From the NCBI GenBank assembly GCA_030141605.1, contig JAQGDQ010000423.1:22177-86176 (forward strand): 64,000 nt of DNA. The letters run 5' to 3'. Both the position numbers and the translations under genes were made by a program. This document shows positions 44,246-59,200 of the stretch, in pieces; position 1 is the stretch's first letter; the number at the start of each line of letters is the position of its first letter. The stretch is from Tubiluchus corallicola (taxonomy: Eukaryota; Animalia; Priapulida). The notes beneath the pieces were generated by a model that was not told where the DNA came from, searched no databases, and saw only the letters and a list, made by a program, of their open reading frames with translations.

Positions 44246-47200
44246 TCATGCACGGGTATCCTCCTTCAACGGGACTTCAGACAATTCCGTTTTGGGTATC
44301 ACGTTACATCCGGAGTCACTCTCAATAATAACGGTATCGGCAGTATTGCTTTCAACAGGTGATGGGTCATCAGTGCCAACGACATCGATGTACACATCAT
44401 CAGCTTCTTCAGTTATATTTACATCATCTGATAAACTCGTAGCATTTCGTTTCATTGTACCTTTGTTTATGCTTTCCGTTACTATTTCTGGTATCTCACT
44501 AGCACCTGTTACTGTGTCTGTGACAGTTGTCCGAGCATTTTCTGAAACTTCTTTGCATACAGTTGTACAATTATTGTCTATCATTGGTTCAGAACTTTTG
44601 AAATCAGATTCAGCATCAACTGTCATTGCACTATGACTTACTAAACTAGATTCCATGTCAACTAAATCATATTTTAAAGCATCTTTATCTAATACCTTAT
44701 CTTTCAATAAATTGTCTACATCATTATCATCATGTGGAACTTCACATATGACACTTGAGCCACCTGCTGAATGAGTCTGTGGACTAGCATCATCAACTGT
44801 AGAATCGGCTACATGCTGATTTTGTGAATCATAGGTTTCCATTTTAACATCTTGAACAAACAATCTATCTTGTGGCTGACTAGAAGAATTCAAGGTTTCC
44901 ATTTTTATGTCGCCATCATTGTCTGCCAAATTAGCCAACTCCTGATTAGGTAAACTAGTAGTTTCCATTGTAACATCCTCACTGTCATTAACTGATAGTG
45001 AACTATCAACAGCATTTTTAGATGAGACAAGTACTTGTTCATCACTAAATGTTTCACGAGTTTTTATATCATTACTGTTAGGATCAGAAGAACATAACGT
45101 CTCTGTCTGGCCCTGTGTTTGTGACTCTTCAGTCTCCATTGCAAAGTCACCAGCAGATTCAACTAACTGATTAATACTCGGCCCAACCTCCTTCACCGAT
45201 AAATTATCAGCAATGGATCGGTCTATAACCACCACTGTCGAGTCAGTTTGCATTAGTTCCACAACTGACTCTGTTTGACCAGAAGTAGCTAGCCCATCAG
45301 CATCTGTTGGAACTGATTCTATCTGATCAGAAGTAGCTTGCTCATTTGGAAGTGTTGCAAATGATTCAATGTGATCAGAAGTAGCTAGCTCATCTGGAAC
45401 TGTTGCAAATGATTCAATTTGATCAGAAGTAGCTAGCTCATCTGGAACTGTGGACATTTCCATGGCGTCATCGACTGCTGTTCTATCATCTGTGGCTGAT
45501 TCAATTTTAATGGGTATTTCGTCTGGCTCAGTTTTAATGGGTATTTCGTCTATATCTAAAGGCTCCGCCTTAATATGTTCCAAAGTAGCATCTTTCTTTA
45601 CCGGTTCTACAAAGGGTTCCTCTTTGACGTCTATAGCTGGGATAAGATCTGGTGTTGCTTGTGATGGCAAGTGATATTTGCTTGTGGACTTCCATACTTC
45701 CTCCTTCGGTAAATCATCAGTTTGATCTTCAGGGGCATGTTCTTCAAGACCGCTTGTATCCATCTGCGCATTCTGTTTGAAAATAGTCAAAATATTCCAT
45801 CGCTATGTCAGATAAGCCTACTCACTAATTTTATAGTATAACACACATTTTCACATTTCTGCCAAAATATTATGACAAAAGAACTTTTGAAAACTCAGAC
45901 TAAAACATAGCACACGAGAAGCCTTGCAATAGGTGACAAAACAATTTTTCCTTTGAGTGACGTAATTGACTTATTATAAACAGCTAATACTCTAGCTTAT
46001 TTTCTGATACAAAGTCAAATGCTTTTACATTTTATCCATTTTAATATTTTACTTGTTTTTCCATAGAGAATGCAACCATACCTGCTTTGTAAATTCTGTG
46101 ATAGCTGTCCAGCATTTGTCATTACCCCAATTAGTTGCCTTACAGTTTACCAAATGAATTTATGCACACTGCTCAGACAGCTGTAAACAACTCAGGTTCA
46201 TATGTTTCCTCAATAAGAGAAATAAACAGCCATGAGAAAAATGGAAATTCTATGTTTTAAAGTATGTCTTCCAATGCCAAGATCCTAGAATTGCTCTCTT
46301 TCTACTTATTCTCAATACTGTGAAGTGGTAGTCAGTTTCCATGGTAATTTTGTTATCTGTCAGGAAACTTCATAAATTCATAAATGCCATGACTCTAGAA
46401 TTGCTCTCTTTCTACTTATTCTCAATAGTGAAATGGTAGTCAATTTCTGTAGTCACTTTGTTATCTGTCAGTAAACTTCAGAAATTTCCTGATTTATTTT
46501 AGTGTTTTGAAAAGAAAAACATGATTTTAGAGCTTCTATAAACAGAATCTCTGAACATTATTAACCGACCTTTCGGAAAATATATCACTGCTAACTCGTT
46601 GATTAAAGCGTGTTACTGAGATGAAAAATGGAAAGAAAATGACCGAAGACTGAAAATGTTGAAATGGTATAAATATTAAAAATATCAGGTAATTTTAGAG
46701 CTATAAATTATTAAAAAAACATCTTTTAGAGTCCACTACCTGGTATTAGCTGTGGTTATTTTACAAACTGCAAATGTCAACAGGTAGTTCTATGCTAAAA
46801 ATGCACATTATACAGAAAAACAGGCGTGTACTATAATCGTGATGAGACGTTTCACAAAATAAATGTAAACTACTCAAACGCAAGATGCCAGCACGATGCG
46901 AAAAATACTTCTCCAAGTTATACATGAAGTACGAAGACGATATCGTCGCTCAGACGTCTTTCACATCATGTCACTACCCGATACGATACGATAGCACCAA
47001 TACGCAGCTTACGTATAGAGACCAGAAATTGATTTGTCATGTGCTGTTAGTTTATTTTATTTTGGCTCAATAATTGCACGCATTAGCTGCAACTTATCAC
47101 ATCACTGTAAGTTCAGCTCATTCAGAAAGAATAGCAGTAATCTTCTAACTTGACAAAAGCATATCTTCTCAAGATAATTTATATGTAGATTCAACAACCA

Positions 47201-50200
47201 AGTCACAATCCACTAGACAGTGTACCGATCCATTTATACTGCGCAAATATTAATTACAGTGGTAGTAAAAGAGCTACTCTGTTACTGTGTGTGACATATG
47301 AAATACTTTGTACAGTTTTGTGCTTTCATATTAACAAATTTAGAAATGTTATGTATGTAATTCAGGTGCATTAATTTTCATATCTAGCTTCTCACTTCTA
47401 TTTTACGAGGCATGTAATGGCAATTTGCAGTATGTGTTTTCGGTGTTTGCACCACAGCGGGAGATCTATCGTTTACAAGTACTCCACATGTAATTAGCAA
47501 TGGTGCTCTTAGAAGAAAGTTAATTAAGACCCAGATTGTGGAAATGAAGTATGTGTAAGTTGGTCGCAGAAATACTATGATGTAAAACATATAAAAGAAT
47601 AAGTACAGTGCACCCGGGTCTGCAGCTCGCATAGGGAAACTTCTTGCTAATTTATGGCATAGGCCTGCTCCGTTTCAGGAATAGTGGTTGAAGCAGGAGT
47701 CATGGAAATGGTTCCAAGCAGGTGCCAGGACCAAATCAGCCATTTTAGTTTGATAATTTAAGATTCAGTCATATCCCACTGAACACTAGCTACCCTTTCC
47801 CAAAATGCAACAGCTGAATAGGGTCACACTCACAGGTGACTGAAAGGAGTGAACAGAGCAAGGTCGTCGCAGTCACATTGCTTGTAACATATTATAAGAG
47901 CAATTTCAGTAGTACGATAATGACAGTTGTTCAATCTCAAACCCTTTGTCACTAATGTAGTTGTGTTGAAAATCTAATTAGATCCATCGGTTGTATTACT
48001 ATATGTTTGTAGGTATCCAACATTGCACTTTTTAAAAATCAACTGCTTATTCGCTGACAATAAGATTATAATAGACTTTGTACTACTTGTATGAATTCTG
48101 CGCACAATGTCGTTCAATGACTAGCCCCAGTAATGCTACACATGGATGCAGACAAACTGTACAAAATGACCATTCTTTAGCTCAATGCTAAACGATTACT
48201 AAGATTATTATTTTGAGTTGTTTAGTACTATATTTAATGAACTCAACAATTTATCAAATTAATTTAATTTTTTTCGCTTCGTTTATAGGATTATATCAAT
48301 ATGAAAATGGTTCAAAATACTGACAATAGCTAAAACTGTAGTCCACGGTCAAAGTCTTCTTCTTTTTTCAGCTCAAGAATAACTTGATTATTGTAGAAAA
48401 GTCACGCTGATTAACTTTAACAGCGCACTGTGTTACATCTGTGGTAGTATTAATAGGGCTTGTCAAATTATGGTTCATTTTCCCAATAGTGAGTTGTTTG
48501 TGGTAGTTAAGATTTAATGAAGAATCACTTTGATGTTGTGAATAAAGCTATGCACCTGAGTATCAACTTCAAACAGCTCAAGGCAGATACTCGTGCTGTT
48601 GTATTGTCGAAATGTAAATGTTAAAGAAACCAAAACTGCATTGTTGGGCAAATGCCTCTTTTATTCAGGACTCGACACCATGCTGTGCCAGAAAGGTTTA
48701 TTTCGGAGAGGAAATCAATATCACAGAAAAATATCACAGAATTAGCCTACGTACATAGCAAATTAACAATATGACGTGAAGTGATTTTTGCTTGTTAACG
48801 GATGCAAGAAGTAAAAAGGTAAACAAAGAGTTTATTTAGTACTTAGGTTATTTAGAATCAATCACCAAAAAAACCATTTACAGTCGAATCCCGCTAATAT
48901 GATTTTCACGGGATTGAAATATTTTTTTGTATTAAGGATGCTTCGTACTACCATTACATGCATTTTGAGTATAATTGGATACCTGTAAACATCATAGGTG
49001 ATTTAAACTATAATGGCAAATACCTGTAAATATCATTGGTGATTTAAACTACAATGGCAAATTTTTATCAGAGCGGGAAACTCAAGTCTTTTGCGATATC
49101 AATAATTTGACTGGGTGGCATTTAAATCTATACAGCTGACTGATTGGGTCAACAGTCAGCCTAACTATGATATTGTACAGACATGCATTACCTTATGGTG
49201 CATAATGAGTTGTAAAAACAGTCAACTAAACTATGGACACTGTTAGCAGCAGGGAAAGTGTGTCTGTAAAGGGCGGCCCACAGCAGAGATTATATTACAA
49301 GTATTTTTCTATATTGAACTCACATTTGCTGGAGCTTGAGAAATCATTGCAAAAACGGGGTTTGTAGTAATGAGTTTCGTACTAACCATAAGTGATTACA
49401 TAGGTTTTATCATAATCTTGGCAGGGACACAATAAAATCATAGTACTATGGAGAGTTTCGTGAGAAGCCGAACGTATTTTAGGGATTCGACTGTACTACG
49501 TGATATTACGAAATGAAAGCTATTTTTAGTTGTAATTTGAATAACAAGTTGATTTGAGGAGTTTAGACAGCATCAGTTAACAGAAAAAGAATCACTCCTT
49601 TTTTGAAACTTCGTACAGCAATAAACAAATAAAGAATTGATGATGAACCAATGACCAGTTGAATGTCCATAACTGTTGACCTCATGAAACATTTCACAAA
49701 ATGTATAAAGGACATTTGCTACGACCTTTCCAACACTATGACGTAAAACCAGGATCAATACTGAAAAGACTAGTACTTCATGAAGTCAACAGCTAAACTA
49801 TAGTTACAAAAATGAAGTACTTTAATAATGCAATCGATGTAACAGCGATGTACCAAAGTAATTGCAGTAGTTACGCAACTTTATCAGCACATTTGTTGCT
49901 CAGAAATCTTACCCAAAAACCTGTTTTACAAATGACTTAAACCATTTACAGAAATGTTCAAAAAATTACCATGTTTGTCACCAATGCGACTCGACTGACC
50001 CTTACTGATCAAAAATACTTGGTAAAAAGAAAAAATGTGCTGATGAAGTTGCAAAGCCATTACGAAACTCCAGACACAGGTGGCGGTACAGGTCGGCAAC
50101 ATGGTAAACCAAGATCGTTGCACTTCAGATGCCACTTTCAATATCTGCAGCAAATAGTTTTTCACACTTACCTTTTTGAGTTCGTCGTCGTAACAGCCGG

Positions 50201-53200
50201 GGTGATATGTCTGAAATATAAATAGATTACATTGAAAACTGATCTCATTTGTAACTACAGCGTTCCCTCGCTACTGCGCGGTTCGTTTATCGCGGATTTT
50301 CAAAAATATTTTTGTGAAATATTTATCGCGGTATTTTCGCTGTTTCGCGGGTTTTTGCGGTACTCCGTCTAAAGTATTTTTGCACATGCGTAGTACGTAT
50401 TGTACAGTAATGTATAGATTTGATGAATTTTGCATAAAAAATCACAAAATGCACAAAAATATATTAAAAATATTAATTCTAACATTAAAATAATATTATA
50501 AATCATAAAAAAAACAATTTGTGGTTTATTCGGCAGATGAATACACACCGAAATGTAATACTTGCGCCCGCTTGAGATGCTACTAGCTGACGTGAGATTG
50601 TACACAACACATGATTGGTTGATTATAGTATAACTATGAAATAAGTATAGCGTCCCTACTTCGCGGAAATTCACTTATCGCAGGTGGGCCTGGAACGGAA
50701 CACCCGCGATAAATGAGGGAACACTATACATCTACAACATAAACGTAATGAATCTAAACATAGATTTAAAAACCAGTTTAAATGAAAGCACACTACTGAA
50801 ATCATATATTGTTTACAATAAAATCTCTACCAAGTTGATGATGAAATTGGCAAAAATCTCTAGTAACACCCATTCAGAGGATGTCAGAATAATTATATGT
50901 GCTCATTGACATTATGATGCATTAGTAAAAACTGCTGTATATTATGCATCTTAAGGTATTTGTATTACAGATGTGCTTTAATTCTTCAAAAAATACTTAT
51001 CCAAGACAAATGGCAAGCTCACTAATGTCACAATATACTAATCTCCTGATAATGTCTAATACCGTAAGCCTATGGCATTGGTATGTTTAAGAAAACCTTA
51101 CTACAATTTAGTTAACTACATGATATGAAAATAAATTTGTCACTCTGTTTCATAGACATTAGGTATAGTAATTAACTTCCAAAATGAGAAAAAATTAAGA
51201 AATAAATGAAAGGACTGCTATAAAAAAACCAGTGTGCCAATAAATATGAGGAGGAGACCCACTTGAAACATAATTTAGTTAATAACCGTGTCTAAAGCAA
51301 TTCATAAATGTACGCCGATAAATATGAAGAGGAGACTCTGTAGTGAATTGAACAAAGATGAACAGAAGACATTCAGTATGACACTTTTCAAGCAATAAAC
51401 ATGGTTATCTACAACGAGAACGCGATATAAACCCTGCAAACCACCATGCAAACTTATGGAGAATTTGGCAAGACTAAAAAATTTTGTTCGAAAATCAGAC
51501 CTTTTCATTAACTTTAATTGCATTTCGCAGCTTCCAGTCCTCGTCCTCTTCATCCCAGTATTGTTCAAACTGCTCGTGACATATGTTACAATACTAAATG
51601 AAGAAAAAATTTTAAAATAATTACAGTAACATATCTAAATCACAGATCAAACTAAATATCCTTAATTATGGCGTGAGACAGACTCGACGTATTATAATAG
51701 TTAATATCACTCATGTTACTGTGAATCTGTGATGACCAATTGCGAGACAGATGTCAAGAAAAAGCAGTAAAATTTTTCAACACTACCAAATGATTTGGTA
51801 AATTCAAAACTCTAACCCTAGCCTGCAACGTAATTACACGTGAAAGGTTGGTAAGTGATACGTACATCGTAACCAGTTCCGCTAGCTGGAATGTTGTTCT
51901 GATCAGATGTCGTGCCCGAGAATCCAGCCTGTGCCTCCTCAATTTGCTGTTCAAAGAATGCACTCCTCCTGGCTTCCAAATCTTCAAACTCTTCATACTG
52001 AATCCAGTCCTAGTGCAGAAGAAAACACTGTGAGTTTACTACTACGCAAAGAAAATGACATTGCAAACAGAAAAAAGAATATTAATGTTTACAACATTAT
52101 GCAAATAAACAACAACTAGACGCGTAAAATATTGAAAGCACAAATATAAAACAGCAACAGATTAAAATGCCCATTCTGCAAAAGTCATTGGTATCCTGCA
52201 GTACGAATCAATACTCGTGTGCCTGCATACTGCTGATTTTGCCTAAGAATACACCACCCATTGTTTGCCTAACGACAGATTGCTGTTTTTGCATAACAAC
52301 ATGGCGCCCGTTGCTGCTTCACAATTTGTGCGAGTCTAGCCATCTCTTCCTACCATCCATTGTTTGCCTAACGACAGATCGCTGTTTTTGTATAACAACA
52401 TGGCGTCCGTTGCTGCTTCACAATTTGTGCGAGTCTAGCCATCTCTTCCTACCACCCATTGTTTGTCTAACGACAGATTGCTGTTTTTGCATAACAACAT
52501 GGCACCCGTTGCTGCTTCACAATTTGTGTGAGTCTAGCCATCTCTTCCTACCACCCATTGTTTGCCTAACGACAGATTGCTGTTTTTGCATAACAACATG
52601 GCGTCCGTTGCTGCTTCACAATTTGTGCGAGTCTAGCCATCTCTTCCTACCACCCATTGTTTGTCTAACGACAGATTGCTGTTTTTGCATAACAACATGG
52701 CACCCGTTGCTGCTTCACAATTTGTGTGAGTCTAGCCATCTCTTCCTACCACCCATTGTTTGCCTAACGACAGATCGCTGTTTTTGTATAACAACATGGC
52801 GTCCGTTGCTGCTTCACAATTTGTGCGAGTCTAGCCATCTCTTCCTACCACCCATTGTTTGCCTAACGACAGATCGCTGTTTTTGTATAACAACATAGCG
52901 TCCGCTGCTGCCTCACAATTTGTGCGAGTCTAGCAATCTCTTCCTACCACCCATTGTTTGCCTAATGACAGATTGCTGTTTTTGTATAACAACATGGCGC
53001 CCGTTGCTGCTTCACAATTTGTGCGAGTCTAGTCATCTCTTCCTACCACCCATTGTTTGCCTAACGACAGATCGCTGTTTTTGTATAACAACATAGCGTC
53101 CGCTGCTGCCTCACAATTTGTGCGAGTCTAGTCATCTCTTCCTACCACCCATTGTTTGCCTAACGACAGATCGCTGTTTTTGTATAACAACATGGCGCCC

Positions 53201-56200
53201 GTTGCTGCTTCACAATTTGTGCGAGTCTAGCAATCTCTTCCTACCCACTCAAAGATGTACATTTATGAGAAAGTGTTACGACGATCCACATATTACATTT
53301 TTCATGTGTTGACTAAGTATGAGCGCACATAACAAATGCACTACCAAAAACAATACAATGGTGTGTCTTGAACTCTCTTCCTACCGAGACGTCGACTGCT
53401 ATAGATCCAGCTAAGAGCGATCAACACTACAATAGCTGCCATCATGTTAATTGCCAAAAGTAGATCTTTCGTCAACATTTAGAAAAAAAATAAAGTTCTT
53501 TAATCGCACACATGCACTTATCAATGCGAATATTCAATACTTTGATACATTTCTGTTTAGTACAGATAAGAACTTTGCTTGTCTATGCACAAAATTACTC
53601 TAATTACAATTCATTAACGACGCCTAAAGTGATCATTGCTAATTTTATTATTGGATGCAGCAAAAGTGTTTCAACAAATCTGGCAAAACAGGCGTAATGA
53701 GTGCATACTATTACATACTATTTCATACTATTACATACTATTTCTAATACAAAAACAGAAAGAAATTGAAAAAAATCGCAACTAAATAAACGTACATCAT
53801 TACACTGTATGAGAAAAACACATCACATTAAAAACGATCTTACATTTGTTACACGAAAATGTACGAAAGTTACGCACCTGTGTTTCGTAGTACCATTTGC
53901 GACACGTCGCACGCTTTGCGAGGTCTTTCCCCATGCGATTTTGTCGAAAATGCCAGTCCAGATGATCGGCGTACTGCGCTTGCTGATCCGCACGAAAGCG
54001 CATGCCACAAGAGGAGCATTGTGTTCCCGTGTATAGCATTTCAACAACACCAACATAAAACCTACAATAAACAAAAAAATGAGTGCAATTTCTCCTTCTG
54101 TGATCTATTAAACTACATAGTCTTCACTATTTCTCTTAAAGTAGACTATTACTCGTCAAGGAAGATTTTATTATATGTGTGCTTGCAATCCAAAACCGTC
54201 CATAAGTCAGCATAGTCAAAACTACGTTATGATGCTTCAAAGTAGAAAGTACCAAAACTTTGGTCAAATGTCGATTTTTTATTTTTTATGAAAACAAATG
54301 CTAAATGTACTGAACTATTATATTCTAGCATAAAATTATCGGGAAAATGTCCAAAAATACTAAAAATCTAATTTTATAACTCCTTACCCACTTTTCTGTC
54401 TAGAAACTAGTACTGCATTTGTAAAAAAAACTTGTATTTTGTAACTCTGATTGTAGCTCGTGGAAGCAGCCATTTTGCTTCAAGTTTTTTCTGTTGACAA
54501 GACCAGATTTTCACCACGAAGAGCCACCTTCTGGATTTAAACGTGACTTCAATTTGCTCTTGTAAAATTCATAGCAACCACACTTTTGTACGGTTACTAA
54601 GTGTTGTAGAAACGTGACAAAAACAATGGCTGATTTTAACAGTGATTTTCTCAAGATGATGTTTTTCAATGTGCAGCCTGCACCTCAACTTCAACGTGGA
54701 TTATCTCAGCTTAGAAATAACATAGAGCAATGAGCTTGATATCAAAATGATCTTCATGAAATGGAGATTCAGGATACGTGAATAACTAGAAAACCTTAAT
54801 TGCCGACTTATGGACGATTTTGCAATGCAAGCACACATATAGCATTAATAGCTACTTGTACCCGATTTTTGATATACACATTATAAAAACAAATACAGTA
54901 GAGTGCTCGATGACTCTCATTATCAGTTGTCTAATAAGTCATAAGTCATTTATTTCACATTACACATTTACAATGGTTACATATACAATATCTAGTGAAA
55001 GGGCCTACAATGGATATAATACAAATAAGAAATACTGCACAGGAAAAGCCTCAAACACTGTTCACCTATACATGAAGGTAAATGTTTTGCGGGCAATCAA
55101 AAAGCAGGGCTTGTTAGATTGTCCCACACAGTAATAGACATCATTTTCTTCCACAAATTCCCTAACGAGAGTCCTTTGATTCGAAATATTAAGTGCTACA
55201 TACATAATCTGTAACAAGTTGATCTATATTTACAGGCTCTTTAAAAACATACTGCGGCTGGGCCTCAGATGTTATAGAGCTTTTTAAGTCCTATAGAAAT
55301 TGTTGTAGGTAGAATGTATTTAAATGTTCCATTCAAGATCAAAGTACTAATGATTTTAGTCTAAATGGCCTTTGCATTTTCTATCCAATTCATTTATTGC
55401 TTTAACGTAATTATTTGTTTGATGTGCTAAAACCTAGACATATACATAATAATGAATGAGAAGCATTTATAAATGCAATACATTACATACGAATACAATG
55501 CGACACAGCACGATTGCAACAATACAATACAGCATAATACAATAGCGTAGAATACGATGCAATACAACACGCAACAACAAAATGCAAGTCAAACATGATA
55601 AAACTCACTGTTTTAGTTTGGTTGCGTCCCAGGGTATTGCGGGTACGGTGGTTATTTTCTCCATCGGTTTCGAAGGCTTGATGTTAGAGACGAGACCCAA
55701 AAGATCCAGAGCTCTCTGCGTTTCGAAACTCGGTTTAAATTTAGGAGCAGACGAATCTGATGAAGATACAGTTGTTGTTGCTTCAGTTGTCTTGGCAACT
55801 GTTTCCACTGCTACAGACAAACGTAAGACCACGTTAGCACTATAATGATTAAGTGTTTTTCTTAAATAAATTAAAAGAACCCGCTAACAACGTAATTCAG
55901 CTAGAGACTGTGATATCCAGCTACAGATTTTATCAAAACAAACAAGAAACCTATAAGGAGGTAGTCAAAATAATAATGGTTTTTCATTTGCAATGCAATT
56001 GACCGAAAGAAAATCTGTTATAAATGCTTGTGTCTATAATAAACTGTCAGTGAAACCTAGTTTACTTTTGTGCTAAGTATTCATTGTATTATTCTTTAAG
56101 TATCTGGGTTCAATGATAGACGAGACTGCAGGAATGGAAAAGGAGGTGAATTTCAGGATTCAGTGTGGTTGGAATAACTGGCGAAAAGTTTCGGGTGTGA

Positions 56201-59200
56201 TATGCGATAAGAGGATTCCAGCGAGACTTAAAGGTAAAGTTCACAAAGCAGTGGTCAGACCTGCCCTAATCTATGGGCTGGAAGCAGCACCTCTAAAGAA
56301 GACCGAAGAGAAGAAAATGGATGTGGTAGAGATGAGGATGTTGAGATGGATGGTGGGAGTAACAAGAAGGGATAAAATCAGGAATAGTAATATTAGAGGA
56401 ACAGTGAAAGTAGTGGAAGCCTCGAAAAAGATACAAGAGGCAAGATTGCGATGGTATGGGCACCTGAGAAGGAGAGTCGGGGAAGATCACGTGGGAAGGG
56501 AGGTCATGGAGATGGAAGTGCTGGGAAATAGAAGAAGAGGACGACCCAAGCTGAGATGGTTTGAATGTATTAATGGAGACCTTAGAGAGAAGAACATAAA
56601 TGAAGAGATTCACAACGGCGACCCCGCATAGGGAAAAGCTGGGAAGAAGAAGATTCATTGTATTATTGTTTCTTAGTTTTAACTCACCAGGTGACTCGGT
56701 AGTGACAGTAACAGAGCTAGTCGTCTCAACAGCAGACGTTTCAGAAGTCGCTTCACTCTTCGGCAGTATTCCGGCTGCTAACAGTTTCTTCAAAAGCGAA
56801 CTCACATCTACTGGCAGCACAGGGGCTGAAAATAAATGCTCGTTTAATGAGAAAGTAATCTAATGTTAAATAAGTTAACAATCGGCAGAGCAGTGTTACT
56901 GGAAATCGAAAAGTTATGAACACGTGCGATTTTTTTATGCTTCTCATACATTATAGTTGTCCTTTTTTTACTGTTTTACAATTTATTTCATTGAAGGGAT
57001 TTTAGCTTGTAAATTCATATAAGAAGAAGATCCAAAGTGATAACAGAATTTTGTAAAACTACAGCTAGTGTAAAAAGATATTACTATAACCTTGAAATAC
57101 TAGTATTTGAATTTTAATCTGCGTGAATACAACAAAAATGCTGTTTATTAATGAAAGTAAATATTCTGATTTGTGAATGTCTGAAAGTATATCTGAAATC
57201 ATAATTTCTGAAAGTACAACTACATTTAAACTTTTATTAGAAACCAGACATATTAGCTACTAATGTTTACAAACCTGACAAATCTGACGATGAAGGGGTA
57301 GTGAAAGCAGGTGCATTTGGATCCGTTGAATCAAGTTTTGGTGCAGATTTCTGACTAGCAGTGTCATCATCTTCTCCAACACTGATCTCTTTGACTGAAG
57401 CAGAAGACGTACGTTCGTCTTTATCTTCCGTCTGGGGGGTAGGAGATGCCGGAGACTCAAATTTTGGAAAGGCAGTTGAATCCGGTCGGCGTTGAAGCTC
57501 ACGCAGATCGGTATCTTGAAAGGAAGATGCGAAATCCTGTTGAGGTGACTGATGTGGCAAGTTAGTCGGTGGCATCAGCAGCGGTGCCCTCTGACGAGCA
57601 AACCCAGTATCAGGTATTGGTCTAGGTCCATTATCTACACTCATCTGCCCGGGTAAACTTGGTACAGGTGTAACAAAATTACCAGCATTTACCCCACTCG
57701 GACCACCATCGGACAATCCGCCACCCTTTTTATTAAACAAATGCTCATCAACAATATTTTTCAAATCTAATCTATCACAGCCTATAATGATTTCGGGTTG
57801 CGGTCCGGCCACACGCAACTCGTGTTCGTAGCCATTAATTGTAGCACGTACAGGCGGTCCACCAAAACTAAGCTGGAAGGGATAGCCATCTATCAACACT
57901 TCTCGCGTGGGAGCGCCAAAACGTAGCTGGTGGCGAGTTCCGTCCAAAAACACATCGCGGACCGCTCCAAATTTCATTTCATACGGATTACCATCAATGA
58001 ACACGGGGCGAGGAATTCCTTCAAATCTCACTTCTTTTGGCACACCGTTTATTACTACAACTGCTAAAATGTCGAAGAGAATAATATCTCGCAATTGGTT
58101 ATCTAGAAACAATTCCCTGGAATCGTTAATTCTAGGTGGCATTCCAGGTCTAGGTCGCTGGTCAAATTGACGAGATTCCTGAAAATTTGTAGGAAATTGT
58201 TGTGACGGGATCATGTCTGAACCATCAAACCTTTGCCGAGAATCATGCGGAACAGGGCCGTTAAATGCTACGCCCGGAGGATTAGCATGCTGCTTTCTGT
58301 TATCAAACCGAGGTCGAAAATCTGCTGGAGTAGGATGAGGGAGGAGTGAAGGACGGGGTTTTGCACTTTCAACGGGCCTAGCATCTTTCTCAAAGGGCTT
58401 AAATGAGTCAGACTGTCGCTCGTCAAGATCAGGTAGCGGTAGCAAAGCACAACGCCTCTCCTGCTTGTGGTCATGCTCAATAACATCAGGTGCAGAAAGA
58501 CTACTATAATTTGCAATGGCACCAGCCACATGTAAAGGACCGTGCAGCAACTGCAATTTATACAACTGATCAAGCTGTTTCATCAGATCAGTATACTGGT
58601 CAAGCGTCAACTTCCCTGATCGAAGTTGCTGGGCTGCTTGAAGCTTTATTTGATCTTGCTGATCTGGCTGTAACACCTTGGCTATATTTGACTCGGGCGG
58701 TTCGGCCCTCATGCCATAATGACCAGCTCTCCGACCAGCATTCCATGAGCTCTTCTCCCAACCGGCAGATCGTTCCAGCATCTGCTTTTCTCGGACGATT
58801 TGTTCTCGTCTCTCCATCACCCTCCTCCTCTCGATTTCTTTTCTGTTCTGTTCCACCTTATAATCCTGCCTTTTCCACGGTCCTCGTTCACCGAGTCGAT
58901 GAGCTACTCTATAATCGATATCACGCGAGTCCTCTTCACCCGATGAATCAGCATCCCGTTTTTTCATAGGAATCTTGTACTGCTTAATGGCACTTTTGGC
59001 TTTGTCGTACTTGTATGTCGCCCAACCTTTCTGCAGCGGACTTCTTAATGGCGATACTCTTCTTAAAGGAGAGTCACTACGTAACGGCGAGTCCTTCCTA
59101 GAAAAATAGCCAGCTCTCTTTTTCTCACCTTTACGATAATCTTGATCTTCCCTTGAGAAAAATTGCCTGTCGATAGAAATCAAATACAATTTAATATAAA

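Noticed and set aside
49971-50144. Extra PCF11 exon after TYHPGCYDDELKK
   Set aside because: It would need an intron of only ~27 nt and the peptide has no PCF11 character.
52167-52898. 243-aa repeat ORF antisense to PCF11
   Set aside because: A 99-bp tandem repeat (multiple of 3); later units contain stops and there is no domain signal.
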